NCBI GenBank assembly: GCA_030704615.1
Contig: CM060731.1
Coordinates: 50,158,001 to 50,222,000, forward strand
Source of the DNA: Takakia lepidozioides
Taxonomy: Eukaryota > Plantae > Bryophyta
DNA: 64,000 bases
Direction: 5' to 3'
The notes beneath the pieces are model-generated. The model was not told the origin of the DNA. It did no database searches and saw nothing but the letters and a program-made list of their open reading frames with translations. Both the position numbers and the translations under genes were made by a program. Shown in pieces: positions 50,501 to 64,000 of the stretch. Position 1 is the first letter of the stretch. Each line of letters starts with the position of its first letter.

Positions 50501-51229
50501 GCTGTACCTGCACCTTGTTTCAGCGGCAGATTTTTGACTCCCACATTTGTTCACGCCACAACGCAGACATTTTGGTTCTGTAGGCACGACATAATGACCT
50601 GTGTATTTGGCAAGTCCAAGTACGGGATTCAGGGAATGTCGGAGTCTCCGGGCGTCTGGCCTGTTGCACCGGGTTGCAGCCTCTCTCAGAATGAGGCGGA
50701 TGCTCTATCTGCAGCAGGATTTCGAATGGTGCAACGCACAGACATCCCGGCCCACGCATTTCCGGTTCCTCAAACCCAGCCATTGCAGACTGCTCGGTCC
50801 AGTAGAGACGGATTGGACAATTCTGCACATCCCACAATGCGATTCAGAAGAGTGAAGAGACGACACCCTCCCAACAAGTTGAATGAGACTCGGATTGCCA
50901 ATGCTCTTGGGATGGCTTGCACTATTCAGAGCTCCGTGGACGTACCCCCACCTGGCCTTGGGCGTGTGTATCGGATGGCAACGGCCGGCTCGGCTGTACG
51001 CGACGATGTATACACAATTACGATTGGAGTGGAGCCGACTTGCAATTGTACGGACTTCTCGTTGATTGAAGCAAAGAATGTTTCGAAGTATTATCCGTGC
51101 AAGCATCTGTATTACATTTACCTGAAGAGGTTGAGGATGAACGTGACTATTGATGACTTTATTCATGCACCGGCGTTGAGCGTGAACGAGCTGCACAAAC
51201 TCCTCCTTAGGGATTCCAGAAATCATTGA
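47520..51229 (+). pseudogene. MULE transposase, copy B
   Basis: 502-aa ORF with the GCM-like finger (CAGALRCFSPTC...CAHC...C...HVGSHCH), stop at 49211, FMADNAQA, CGFH, intron 49729-49813, TNMAES, SWIM finger CNC...CKH. Confidence 0.85.
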
Positions 51230-52384
51230 TGGGGCAAAGGGAATCCTCCATATGGATATTTTCAATTGCATTTTGCTGTATCAGATTTTTTTTGCAGTGT
51301 AATGAAATGCACCCCAAAACTCCTGGAATGAGACAATATTCCATTCAAACTGAGATCCAATAGAAGCAGTTGTGGGACCATTTCTGGAAAAATGGCGCCG
51401 AATTTCTCTTTTTGGGGCCGAAAACTGGCTAAGTCCCAACATGCACTGGTACCTGTGTCTGGGAAAATGGCGCCGAATTTCTCTTTTTTGGGCCGAAAAC
51501 TGGCTAAGTCCCAACATGCACTGGTACTGTGCCTGGAAAAATGGAGCCGAATTTCCCTATTTTGCGTCGAAAACTGGCTAAGTCCGAACATGCACTGGAA
51601 AAATGGCGCCGAATTACCTGTCATGAGGGGACCTATAGCCGCGGAATTCGGCACCATTTTTCGCCAGAGAGACCTATTACCGCGAAATACGTCGCCGTTT
51701 TTTCAGGTTACGGACCCTATTACCGCGAAATTCGGCGCCATATTTGCACATGTCGCTGGGAATTGGCATGAGCGGAAGACGAAATATCATGAGCACAACT
51801 GTCAAAACTACAATTTTCCCTTTAAGGGGCCGAATAATATATTTGTTTTTCCTGACACATTGCATTAAATTATTGTTTTTTAAATTGTTTTTTAACAATA
51901 AAAAACAATAAAAAATTGGAACCATGTGCTACTTGGGCAACTTTCTGGTGCATAATCTATCTGAGTTGTGAAGGGAAATAGGACCCACCCCTGAAAAGGG
52001 GCAGTAGCCGCAAGGCGAAGTGGCTCTTAGTTACGCCGGCCTCGGCCGGAATCTTCTCTCTCTTTCTCTCTTGTGAAGGGAACCAAATTATCATGGTGCA
52101 ACTGCAGGTGCGAATAGTCATCATCAACTGCGGGCACGTGTGGTTGTGGCAGGGCCCGCGGGTGGCACATAGGGTCGCGCAGGGTGGGGCGACCCCTACC
52201 CGGCGGGGTCAGTCTGCTCGGGTGAGCCGCCCCGGGGCGCGCGCGCAGGGGAAGCGAGAGGGGGAATGAGACTGTTGGGCCCACAAAACACCTGAAGATA
52301 TGTAGATAAATAATTAATTATTTCAAGGGTTTCCAGAAAGCAGTGGCTAGTGTGATGGTAAAAAGCAACTTGTGACGAACGTGA

Positions 52385-53775
52385 GGTCTGTTGTTCAAAT
52401 CTTGACAGGTGACATTATGGCGGTAATGTGTGTTAATTATAAATATATATTTTGTTGAGAAGGGTCTGAAGGTTGGAGTTAGGCGCTCGCCCGTCAGTCT
52501 GCTCGTCAATCGACAGTCTGCTGGTGAGTCCGCTCGCCAATCTGCCGGACTAAGTCAGTCCGCTCGCCAATCGCCAGTCCGCTCGCAAGTCTGTTGGTCA
52601 GTCCGCTGGTCAATCGACAGTCTGCTGGTGAGTCCGCTCGCCAATCTGCTGGACTGAGTCAGTCCACTCGCCAATCGCCAGTCCGCTCGCAAGTCTGTTG
52701 GTCAATCCGCTCGCCAATCCGCTGGTCAGTCCGCTCGCCAGTTGGAGTCAGTCTGTTGAGGGTTGGCCAGTCCGCTAGAAGGTTTGCCGCCGTTAAAGAA
52801 CTAGGACTTAGAAAAAATTCAGAATCTAGACCCGGTGAAAGGGGGGTGGGTTCATGAGCTCACCCCATGGGCCGTACTCGTGGGTACGTCCCAATTATTA
52901 AAAAATGAGAGGTCTTAATTATAGTGAGAGAAAAAAATAACCTCTTTCACAGTGGCTGTGAAGCCTTTCTAATGGGACACCCCGACCAAGGGAAGGGGGA
53001 GAAGAACATACCACACCCAACATGTAGCAGGATGTGACATGTGACCCTAGGATCATGTGGTGGCACTCTGTGCAATATCCAACTGAACTACTGACTGGAC
53101 ATTAATAGTTATACTAAGTTTTTTTCTTATGTAAATCCAATCTTTATACTATGGTTTTTGTCTTTATACTATTGTTTTTTTCTCGTTGGCTCTGTCCCGC
53201 AAGGAATAGAGGCATTGTGTAGACATCTTGCCGAGAACTAGGCTTATCCATTAAGCCTAGTCTATGGAGGGTTGATGGGCATGATTCATGAAGCCGTAGA
53301 AAAAGTAAAACAACTACCTCCCCCAAAATCACGGAAGGAAAGAGCAAAGACAGAGCCTCTTGTGGTGGAGCCACTTGTTTTTCAAGCAGAGGCCCTGGAA
53401 ATACCTCAATAAATGCATGCTAAGATGCAAAATCCTTTTGCTGCAGGGCCAATAAAGGGGGAAAATAACGCCTCTCATTTTTTAATAGCAGCGTCTTCAA
53501 TGCACCTATGGGCCCCGCCAGTACGGCCCATGGGGTGAGCGGATAAACCCACTGCCTATTCACCGGGTCCGGATTCTGAATTTTTTCTAAGTCCTGGTTC
53601 TTCATACCCTCCCAAGAGACTCATTCCTCCAGCAGATTGGCTCCAACCTTTGAGAGGACTGGCCAGCGGACTGGCGACCTTCGAGCGGACTCCAACTGGC
53701 GAGCGCACTGACAGACCCTCCTCAGACAAAACACACATTACTACCGCAGTATCACCTGGTAGGATTTGAACACCA
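52385..53775. repeat. Diverged long inverted repeat (foldback element or two opposed copies of a small repeat) with internal CAGTCCGCTCGCCAAT tandem units
   Basis: 52800-52912 is the diverged reverse complement of ~53470-53605, and ~52390-52435 pairs with ~53730-53772. A ~104-bp duplication occurs at 52507 and 52611. Confidence 0.65.
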
Positions 53776-55679
53776 CATTAGGAGAAGAATGGGGCCTATA
53801 TAGGGCCTTGATTATTTTGATAGGCCTTTGAAAAAGGTAGGGCTGACCGGATGCAGAAAAATACCAAACTGAGGTGGACAAACGTCATCCACGTCACCCA
53901 CTACTACCTTCGCTACCATGGTCCAGCCAATGACGATCGAGGACGGCACCCGGCCTGAGGATGCCTTCCCGCCAACGATGGCTTGAGCGTTGGGTTGGAA
54001 CGGGCTATGGCGGTGAGGCGCGCTCGACCGACAAGGCGATGGCGGGGTACGGTCGATAGTAAGAAGGGTCGGAGTTTGGGTCAAGAAAACACCGGTGGCT
54101 GCATTGGGCAGAATACGCAACTGAGGAGCCCATCCAAAGAAACGCAACCCACATTCTTTTGTACGCTCCTAAAAACCTGATCAGAGAGAGCATTTACGAT
54201 TTTTGCATTGAAACGCTGTCAGAACTTAAAGAGGTACAATCGTACCCAGGAGTTTAGCATCTACGGGGAATGGATTATGATGAACAGCCCTGGTGTAAAA
54301 GATTTGAATGAGATTTCAAGGCTTCATGAATCGTAGAGAAATTGAGCAGCAGAACGAGGACAATTTTCGGAAGCCCAAGTGTAAATCATTGAAGGCGTCT
54401 TAAGCCCAGATACTCTTCATTAATGCAGGGGACTTGTTCCAGACTGCAGCCGGGGGCTTCTTCCAGGTGCCTTTACTCAGAGGTTGGAAACACTGGGTTG
54501 TCGAAACAGATGCTTAGCCGTCGCAGCGCTTGTGTCGATATGCACCGGTCAGCATAATCAAACTGGAATTTCACTGGTCATTAGTTTTGTCGAGTTTTGT
54601 GGCTTATGAATGTTTCATCTTCTTTATTCTTCAAGGTAGAGGCGCTCCAATGTGTACATGTTTTCTTATTAGGAACGTGCAGATGTTTTCGTGTATTTGC
54701 AATGTTGCTTCAGACACCTTCGAGAGTCCACAAGTCCACGACATTCACTTGAAGTTTGCTTTTCAAGTACATGGAAAAGAGGTTGAACAATGAATATCTT
54801 CGCCTCTTGCCTGTCTGCCCCTTCTTGAACATATACGACTTTCGTGCTACAATTTATGTAGGTGAATATCAAAAGGATCGCTGCTTACCAGGGCTGTGGA
54901 CTCTGTTTTCAAGCTGGTGCGGGTGGCCGAGTTTGAGATTCTCCTTGTTCTCTTCTTCATCATCGTTTTCCTGCTCTTTAAAGACTTGGTATTTTCTACC
55001 TCGCTCTTGTTTTTCTGTACAAACTCAGTTAGGTCTGTGGACGTTGTAAAGTGAATTTTGTTCTTTCCCGTTTGGTGTTCTCTTGCAGTCCTAATGTGTC
55101 CCATAAGAGGTGGATGTAATCTGTTTCTTTCTCTCTTCAGGTGCATTCGAGTAATTTTCTTTTGTTTTTTTGGGCAAGCCAACCTACTGAAGAGAGCAGT
55201 GAAACCCAAAAGAGCTACCGCTTCAGGAGCCTTTTAGTAAACAATCTCTCATGGACAGTTATGAAGTTCCAGCTTCCTTGTCTTTGCAGCTAGAGGGCTA
55301 TAACAACAGTGCTGAATGAACCTCATGTAGTATGATCCCAGCATGTAGATCAAACCATACTCAATCCACTGGATAGATATCAGCTGTGCATGAGTCCAAT
55401 AACAAGGTGGATTGAGTCTTAAGTACTGTTGTGGGAACCCCAACCTGGGTCCAGGAAGGTTGATATCTAGTGGGGGCCACTCTCTCACAAGCTGATGGTA
55501 GCAGGGAACAAAGGAATGAAAAATCTCCCAGGCATAGTTACCAATCAGAGAAACACCTGCAGTGCACCCTTTATTGGGGGGAGTGGTTGAGGTTACAACT
55601 TTCCAAGACAAATGAAGCCTTCCAAAGCAAAAAGCTGCAGAAGCAGTAAAACACCAGCACCTAGTCCGCAAAGCTCAAG

Positions 55680-55882
55680 CACTACAGGAAAAAAAAAAAA
55701 AGGGGGGGGGGGGGGGGGGTTTCGACGCCGCAGCCACGTCGCGACGTCGTAAAACAGCCCTTTTCGGGCGGGAAAAAAAACCAAATTTGCGACGTCCGGG
55801 TGTTGCCAAAAAACGTCGCAAATTTGTGACCAATGGGGGTCGCAAGTATGCGAAACCGCGATTTGCGACGCCCAGGCGTCGG

Positions 55883-55914
<32 letters not shown>

Positions 55915-56829
55915 ACCTATTTTGCAATACAGAATTAGCACTGTCCGGGGGTCGCAAAGTTCAACGCCCAGACGTCACAATTTAAGGGGGTACATTTGAA
56001 TTTAGGCGGAAAAATTTGAATATGAAATTTGAAAACTTGTTGACCATTGACTCCGGTTCTGTCTAATGGCGATATGTTCATTGTTCTACATATATCATGC
56101 AACGCATACTTGAACCTAAGACCTCCACGTTATAACATTTCTAAGACACTACAAACTAACCAACACACCTACGCTACATCTATGTATCACAAAAGCAATT
56201 TAAATATATATATACATATAAAGAGTTCCTTCAAGTTCCTTCAAGTTCTTTCTAAGGGGGTCTCTCTTGTGACGCCGGGGAGTTGCAACCTCCACAGCCT
56301 AAGTGCCCAGCCCCAGCCCCAGCTCCAGCATCGTCGCCGTTATTGTACCCCCCCACCGCCAGGCGCCCCAAGCGACGTCATTGTGTGGACCTAAGCTGAC
56401 CACAACACCATTGCGACCCCCTGTGGCGACGTCGTTGCGACCCCCTGACGTCGCAACGTTGGGCGTCCCAGTGCGGGGCGCCCCCAGCGACGCTTTTGTG
56501 AAGTTGAGGGCCGCAAAGCCCCAAAAAAAAAAAAAAAAAAAACTCCCACTGTGGTGATGCTGTTGCGACCCTGGCGTCGCAGAGGCGCTAGGGCGCCCTT
56601 AGTGACGCTTTTGCGACGCCTCGGCGTCGCAACGTCTTATTTTATTTTATTTTTATTATTATTTTGGATTTCCGACGTCGGGGCGTCGCAAAAAAAAAAT
56701 CCGTCACAGCGGGGGATTGCGACGCCGGGACGTCGCAAAAAAAACGCCGCGGGCTCGGCGTCGCGGGCTCAGCACGCGCGGGGCGTGGGGGCGCGGCTGC
56801 GGACCCCCCCCCCCCCATTTGCTGTAGTG
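55680..56829. mobile_element. Non-autonomous CACTA (En/Spm) element
   Basis: CACTACAG...CTGTAGTG termini, 3-bp TSD AAG (55677-55679 and 56830-56832), many subterminal TTGCGACG/CGTCGCAA motifs. Confidence 0.92.
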
Positions 56830-57831
56830 AAGAGTGAAAGAGGCCACCGAAGAACAATAGTGCACATCATTCTCCTGGAGCACACTTCATAAATGAACTC
56901 TCCCACTCTGTCTCTTTATGCTTTTCTTTTGCCGAGCAAAGGCAAAATGCTGTGGAACAGATTCCACGAACAGAAACACCCATTTGGCTTAAGGTCCAGA
57001 TAAAATGAGCAACTACTGAAACGCAAGATGTCTGGCCAATTGCATTCCAAGAGTGAGCCATCCAGATATTATTCAAGAGGCTAGAGTCACATTACACTTG
57101 CCATCAGTTCATGGATGTGTGAGGGATTTGGATAACCGCTAGTGTAAGGAGTGCTTTATGCTTGGAAGCATCCATGGACAGATCAAAGATTTAGGCAACA
57201 AGGCTTCGATGAGGAAATTAAATCATGAGGAAGAACAAATGGGACCCAATGTGAGCCAGGGGACAAAGCAGTCTATTGTCAAGTGGTCCTTCTCTCCTCT
57301 TAAAAGTGACTGGCCAAATGCCACATTTCAGAGGCCTTGCAGATTCATGCTCACTCTCAGATCCCTTATGTTCCACCCAAACTGGGCAGGTCTATGGCCA
57401 CAGTTTCAGCAAACAACTTCTCATGAGTACTATTCTCTTCAGAGGCCTCGAGCTATGAAGACCACAAGTGCTTAGCCGCTTATCTCTATGTTGCACTCAA
57501 TCTGAGGGCCACTTAACAAGTCCATCAGGGTTTCAGTCTTACCTTAGTTTTAGAAATCTCAAATAGAATCGTCATGTAGTCCTTAGGCTGTACAGGCTGT
57601 CTTGTACACAGAATATACTTTTTCTGCTCTCTCTGTCATACATGTAATGAAGTTAATAAGTCATTCTGTTAACTCACAAATGTTGCTAAATGCCCAAGGG
57701 AGTGATTAGTCACTGTCTATTTGTTCATGTTTGCACTAAGTACTCTTTGTATCATAGTTATTGATGATGCACTGCTCTTTTGCATGCCTTACCATGAGCT
57801 GGTCCACCTTACAATTGTGGGTGTGGTGCAG

Positions 57832-57906
57832 CCCAAAAGGCCTTTGTTGTTCGTGGGGAACCACACCATGCGTGGCGTCTACGATTCTCCTATCCTTGTT
57901 CACGAG
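57832..57906 (+). CDS. Isolated exon of a PlsC/DGAT-type acyltransferase
   Basis: AG|PKRPLLFVGNHTMRGVYDSPILVHE|GT, an acyltransferase block-I-like NH...D motif. Other exons were not identified. Confidence 0.5.
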
Positions 57907-58699
57907 GTGCTCCACCTTTTCCCCGTGGTTTGTGTTTCAACCATTATGCTGTAGTTGGCATTATTACAGCACTATTACAACATCATCAAATACTTGTACT
58001 AATTATGGGCACAAATCAGAGTGAACACTATATTTTCTGGAGTTCTTATGGATATGGATCATAGTATCAGACAGATACCATGGCAGTTGTGCAACTTTCT
58101 GAGTCAAATGGGATTCAATTTACTTCAACTGTGAAGTTACGCATGAATGCAATAATTATTTCCTCTTTCTCTTTATCAGATCAAAAGCGGGATTCTGTGA
58201 TCCATAAGATCAACCTTGCGTTAACGCAAGGATGACATGGACGTCTTCAGTCGTGTATGTTTTTCCTGCTATGCGTTCTCTGAATTGTTTTCAGTAAGGT
58301 GGTCTAATTGAAAAGTGGACTGCGGTCAATGATTGTCCCTGAAAAGTTGATTCGCAATCCGGATGCTGGCAGATCAGGCAGCTTAGTGTTTGTAAGAGCA
58401 GTAACCAATTTTTAGGGAGATTGGAATGGTGACAATTTTGCTCTTCTGAGTTCCAATGGCAGGCTTTCCAAATTGTTTCAAATACTGTTTTGAGATTTCT
58501 TTTCAATTCGTAACGGTTTTAGCACTACCATGCCTCTTTTTAACCCAGCCGAGCTTTTTCCACCAACTTGGCTTTTTGCAGAGCATACCTGAAGGAAATG
58601 AAGTCGGTGATAGACGATGGTTTCAACAAAGGAGTTGCATTAGGAACGTTTGGAGCCTGCAATATCCATAAGAACATTGCCTTTTGTAATTTGCTACTG

Positions 58700-60117
58700 G
58701 CTTGAGCGCTCAGAAGCCTTGGCGCCAACGAAGCCTTCGCTTCAGCCCAATCTCAATGAGGCCTCGATCTTCAGTTGAGGGGGTTCTTTTGTTCAATTCA
58801 CTCGACAGTAGTGGAAGGTGGATACGTACAAAAATTGAGGTTAACTCTTGGGTTACACTCATGGCCGGTAGAAATGGAAGTCATGTAAGAGATGCAGTGA
58901 AGCATGGGGGCAGTAGTAGCATGGATGGTTGTTACAAAGCAAAGGTGTTGAAGTTTCGAGTGAATGCCGGATCTAAAGTTGTGTCTGTAGTGCGGGTGCA
59001 ACATGCATACATGTGGTGGCAATTGGATCTGGATCCGAACGACGTACCTGCCGCGGGTGCTTGCAATTGTAGGTTTACAACTCTGACTATGAATCTAAAA
59101 GCCTCTCTTTGATGCTGGTCCAGTTGTTCATACTAAAGATATGGTTGGTTGTGACAGATTGGTTTCCTTCCAACTTTGAGGATTGGGTAGACCTGAAATG
59201 CATAATGGGGGTGATTCCAGTAACGCACGCAGAGATTGAAGAGCTTACCCGAGGCAATCGTCCACATAAAGAACTCTTGGATAATGGAATATTTTTTTAC
59301 AATGCGTCCTACATACCCCGATCCTCGAACATAGGTTTTGGGCGATTGGTGCCAATTCCACTTCCAGGCTTCGATGATCACGAGTGGCCATTGCCGGACC
59401 AGTCAACAACCGAAGCCTTTCGAGCTAGACTGCGGCTAGATTTTCAAAGCGTCATGAAACCTAACACAGGCAGCAAACGGACCCATATCTCGTGGTTCAT
59501 GCCAATTGGTGTCTTCATTGATCTATTTGCAGTCTCCGTAGACATGCACAGGACGTCTACGATGTTTGTTTTCAAACGAATTACTGACGAACTGTGTGAG
59601 ACACTCATGGATCGGGGATGGGACAATAGTGATAGGAGTAGATGTTGTCAAATGCACCGTCCATCGACCTTCACTTGTATTCAGGTACCATATAGGACGG
59701 TCCACATTATATGCAAATTTTCAATACAATCGGTATAGAATGGTTTCAGAGTTAGTTTGGGAGGCGATTGACCTGTTGGCATGGTAAGTATCCACTGTGA
59801 GGTTGGAGAATGGAGACAGGACTTGGACGTTGGATCATCACGGTCTTTGGCAGACCTTCGGCAGGAGATTTTGATACAGTTGTGATCTGATCCGGATGCA
59901 AACTTGGAAATGTGGGTCATTGAAGCTGAGAATACGCCGGTTAAGGTTAGGAACTTCCCCTATTCAATACTATCTTCACTGTTTTGGTCATTTGGTCGAT
60001 AGCAAGAACCCTAAATCCTTTTCCTTGGACACGCAGGTGAATGCAAGGAATGAGAAGAACATGCTGGTCCAATCTGTTTTGCCACCCAAAATGGTGCGAT
60101 TGCTTGCAAGGACCTGA
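58700..60117 (+). pseudogene. Intron-containing gene relic with a BAH-like domain
   Basis: YKAKVLKFR...VRVQHAY..QL...|WFPSNFEDWVDLKCIMGVIPV...FFYNASY resembles the BAH pattern. Intron at ~59070-59157. Frameshift and stop downstream. Confidence 0.4.
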
Positions 60118-60870
60118 GGTTATCGGCAGATTACTACATGCCGAATCGAGCATTCACGCCTGGGGGTTTAAGCTTGGGGTTACTGATGGTGAGGGGCCTC
60201 TTTTCTAGGTGGTGGTAGTGAGAGTTAGAGTCCTGTTTCAGCATGTACAGTCTATTGGAAAGAGATGAAACAATTTTCTTTGCGAGATCTCTTTTCTGCT
60301 GCCATTTTTGGCAGATCTTATATCTTAGCTGGACATTCACATGAATTGCAGTGAAATTCTGGTGTGGTTTACCTCTAGCAGAACTAGCCATTGCCTCTGC
60401 TATCTCTTAGGTTTGTTTTTCATATATGAGCAGTCTTTGTGAGGTATACAGGCTATTCAAGCAAACATGATTGCGTGGATTATTTTAGCATTCAAGTGAT
60501 GTTTGGCCAAATTCTGGTGAAATGATTGGAATGTGTATCTTGGAATGAAGCTCGTTAGAGTCCTATTTCAGCATGTACAGTCTGTTGGAAAGAGATGAAA
60601 CAATTTTCTTTGCGAGATCTCTTTTCTGCTGCCATTTTCAGCATTGGCGTGTCGTACTGGACCAGCGAATTGATGCTCGGGAGAATCAGGATGCAATTAT
60701 ATCATCTGGGCTGGCTGATAGCCTTGTGCTCTGGGATCCACATCCACATCCACAATTGGTGACATAAAATTGCCAAGTATATTAGAGAGGTGGGTTGAGA
60801 CACTATGACTGTGGTGAGTTTGATTGTCATTGCTTAACTTCGCTGATTCACACATTGACTTAACTTCTGT

Positions 60871-61440
60871 CTAGGACAACATAGAGGCGAACACCTTCGA
60901 AGTCTGCACTTGTGTCTCTTTACTTCCACACAAGCGATTTCTCGTTCCCTGGGTTGCATTTGCACTTTGAATTTCTCTCGCAGTAGCTGGGGCCATGATA
61001 GCTCTTGCTAAACGCCTCAAACGTTTTGCATGACCGCCATTAGGCGCCAATTCAGCCACATCCTTCCTTGGTCTGACAACACCCCTGTACCCATAAGGAG
61101 TCCTCACCATTTTATCCATCCTTAATTCCCGTCGCTTCATGGTCGCCTTGGTTCTGCGTAGCTCAAAGCAAATCGAATCCAATTTTCTTTTGTGCTCTTC
61201 TTTGAGCGATTCTATCTCTATCCAAATTTCTATCTCCATTTGATCGCGCTCATCGGAGCTCAGTACATCAACGTTCAGGTGGCCTAAACACTCCTCGTAA
61301 GATGCCTTCATGCTGTGATATTGCTCTTTCAAAGCTTATACCTCCGCTTTCAATGATTCACTTGCTAACATAATTTGACCATTTTCTTCCTCTACTCTTT
61401 GTCTACGAGATGTTTCTGTGTTGCTGCTTATAGCTGCTTT
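60871..61440 (-). CDS. Unknown coiled-coil and basic ORF fragment, possibly transposon-derived
   Basis: 153-aa ORF, with the frame apparently open further upstream. No family recognised. Confidence 0.3.
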
Positions 61441-62367
61441 TGTGTCTTCTTACTATAGGACCATGTCAATTCTTAGGGAAGAATTGCACGCATAGAAGGA
61501 TAGAGTATTTAGTTGGCAAGCCACAGGATGTTCCATAGGATGAAGAGGAGCCATCATGGCATGATAAATACTGAAATCAAGACAAGGAGAATAGGTTGAA
61601 GTGGCTGCTGACAGGCGATGGTGAGGTGCCATCTTGGCAGGCAGATCCACCGCTTTGCTGGAGGATAAAACAGATAAGTTCGTAGACTGTGGGCTTCGAT
61701 TTTTGGGGGGGGAGTATATATTGTGCGAAGGAAGATTTTTTTAACAAACTTTGGTGGTGGTATATAAACAACCGTAAATCTCCAAATGGCACATGTGACT
61801 GCACCGAGAAAATTTGTACATACATACATTACATTAGTGTTTTGGTTGTCCAACTCTTGAACCAATAGGAAATCAATTGGCTGCAAGTACTATCATCTTC
61901 AGCTTATGCGTTTCTGAGAATCAGGGCAGAGAATGTCAGCTTACAAGTCGGCAGTTGATCGTCTCGGGTGCAGCACCATCGAAGGCAAACACGCCCCAGA
62001 AGGACTGGTCACCAGTCTCAGGTCTTCGATCAACTTCAGGTCGAGGGTAGAAGGATCCCGAGCTTGGCTTGACACCAAATACAAGCGCTGCTCAGACTCA
62101 TTGTCACTCAAGTTAGCTGCTCGTATCTGCCATACCCCAAAAATCTCTACACAGATAACGTTTCTTGTTCAATGTCTGTCAAAAACTCTCTGCATATTAG
62201 GCAATTTGGCCTCAAGCTACCATCAAGCAACTACCCTGAGCAGCATTGGAATGGTCATAACTGATGGCTGCACACTAAGACTAAGGTAGCAACATAACAG
62301 ACTGAGAAACCTTCTGCAAGCTGCAAAAGCCTAAACAGATCCAGCAACCAACAGGTCATGCATGCAG

Positions 62368-62950
62368 ATGATGGAAAAGTCCTGACTTGGGGACATGGAG
62401 GGCATGGCCAACTGGGCCACGACAATCTGAACAATGCCAAAGTGCCAAGTTTGGTTGAGGCATTGGCTGACCTCCGCGTTGTATTTGTAGCGTGTGGAAG
62501 CTCCTGGATAGCTGCTATTACTGGTATAGACACCTTGCCTCTTGCTTTACTTGGGAGTTTATGGAGGGAGGTCTACCATGTGCTTCTTGCTTCATACATA
62601 TGTGTCATACTAACACATTGAGCTCTTAAATCATGGTGCAAAATCTCTTCTCTCTCTCTCTCTCTCTCTCTTGAAGTCCACAAGCCAAACAACATATTAA
62701 TAGCTTTGATGAAGACCTACGGGTATTTTCTTTTGTTTTGGCAGAGTCAAGTGAGTTGTATTCATGGGGGAAGAATCGTGACTGCCAGCTTGGGGTCCCA
62801 GGACTGATGGACACTCAAATGCTGCCAGTCTTGGTCACCCTGCAACATGAGACTGATCAACAACCAGACTTGCCGTGTATGCGATCGCAGTGGCTGCTGG
62901 AGCAAATCATGGCCTATGCCTAGCACACTCAATGCCACCTCTCCAACAAA
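62368..62950 (+). pseudogene. Two terminal exons of an RCC1-repeat protein
   Basis: DGKVLTWGHGGHGQLGH...VACGSSWIAAIT (62368-62523). ELYSWGKNRDCQLG...AVAAGANHGLCL (from 62744, one frameshift). Confidence 0.8.
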
Positions 62951-63242
62951 CCTAACAGAAAAAGTAAACCACACTGAGTACCATGACCTTTCTTGAAAAC
63001 TATCCATTCAAGCATGTTCCTAATAGACATCACAATCGGTGTTACACTGTAATAAGTGCAAACCACTGACCAGAGATATATATACGTCCATATCTACTAT
63101 TGAGAAAGTGGTGACTTCTAGATAACATTCCCACACTTTGTCTTACACATCAATTAGATGAACCCCTTAAGAAGCATGATTGATTCGTCTTTGACCTGTC
63201 TTCACAAAAGCTAGCAAAGCCTGGGCAAAAGAGGCACACCTC

Positions 63243-63990
63243 TGTCTCGCGGCTTTTACTCACCCATCCCTTCGCTATCCGAGGCGGAAACTCCAAGATA
63301 GAAGAGTTGGAAATCTCTAAGTACTCAGCCCGCTCAGAACAATCAGTCATGACCTACAGCTAGTGTATCATGGGGGTGTTTCCTATTTGTTTTCCTTCCC
63401 GCATTCATGTTAGCTAGTTATCTTACTGCTGGTAATTAAGTATCAGTTTGCTCCATCAACTCATCCATTCATTCCACAGCTTCACTCAGATCCCTCTACA
63501 CAGTGTGAGTATGAAGTGTGTTTCAGATTAATATCTATCAAGTATCAGGCTAAAGTCCTGGAGTTTCTAATCTGCTCTACATTATAATTCTACTGCTTGC
63601 TATCATTAAGCATCAACAAATCCTCCTCCTACTCCGTGCTCTCCATCTTTCTGCTCAGAGATACGCTCTCTCCTCCTTTCCCCCAATGATGTCCGAAGTC
63701 TCCCCCAAGAAGTGCCCCCCTCTCGTCTCCGCTGCCCGCTTTATCCCTTCCCCCCTGTTCTAACCATTTTCCTTCACTAACCGTCCTCCGTGAATTACAT
63801 GTTCCTCGGCAGATGTTGTTCCCCACAGTCGTTCTCTGTCATGATAACCGTTCCCTACGACTGTGACAGCTGTGTCAGACTGTGACGGCTGTTTCGGCCT
63901 GTGTCGGGCTGTGACTGGCTGTGTATGGCTGTGACGGGCTGTGACTGTGACTGGTTGTGACGGGCTGTGTATGGCTGTGACGGGCTGTCT
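63243..63990 (-). mobile_element. Partial solo or 3' LTR of the same family as 34655-47345
   Basis: Reverse complement of the LTR 3' end (GGATGGGTGAGTAAAAGCCGCG..ACA) and of the GTCACAGC repeats. No primer-binding site adjacent. Confidence 0.88.
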
Positions 63991-64000
63991 TAAAAAATTA

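Larger units (their letters stand above)
19142..51932. mobile_element. Giant MULE transposon, copy B: inverted relative to A, two nested LTR elements, transposase-side TIR missing
   Basis: Starts GGGGGCTGCTATTTCATGAGCGGCATGAGC, the reverse complement of A's right end, and is collinear with A throughout. Similarity stops at ~51932 (GCTACT), about 45 bp short of the terminus. Confidence 0.85.

Noticed and set aside
51985-52030. Hairpins CCCCTGAAAAGGGG and GCCGCAAGGCGAA suggestive of a ribozyme or group II intron piece
   Set aside because: No CTGANGA hammerhead core and no domain V were seen. Too short to support a call.
60220-60640. ~85-bp direct duplication (60223-60308 and 60554-60638)
   Set aside because: No TG...CA ends, primer-binding site or TSD. 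Treated as a simple local duplication.

Overview
This is eukaryotic, land-plant-like DNA: it has GT-AG introns, a PPR E/E+ fragment and plant-type Ty3/gypsy elements, and may come from a non-seed plant. Nested transposons dominate the window. The core is two diverged, oppositely oriented copies of a ~14-kb Mutator-like (MULE) element: copy A at ~4964-18790, with both termini and a target-site duplication (TSD), and copy B at ~19142-51932, lacking one terminus. Each copy carries two divergent genes. One is a transposase with a GCM/WRKY-like zinc finger, a MULE DDE core and a SWIM finger. The other is a multi-exon gene whose product joins a ParB/Srx-like domain (VWDGNHR) to a beta-class N4/N6 DNA amino-methyltransferase-like domain. 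Non-coding parts of both copies hold tandem arrays that share one quasi-palindrome, GGAAA(A)(A/C/T)GGCGCCGAATTTCC. Copy B is interrupted by a chromovirus (21378-28041) and by a non-chromovirus Ty3/gypsy element with an extra 3' ORF (34655-47345). Also present: a TTAA-flanked piggyBac-like MITE splitting a Harbinger transposase relic, a non-autonomous CACTA element, a partial LTR, and fragments of ankyrin, acyltransferase, BAH-like and RCC1 genes. Domain calls come from recognising motifs by eye, not from database searches. Many frameshifts may be uncorrected assembly indels.
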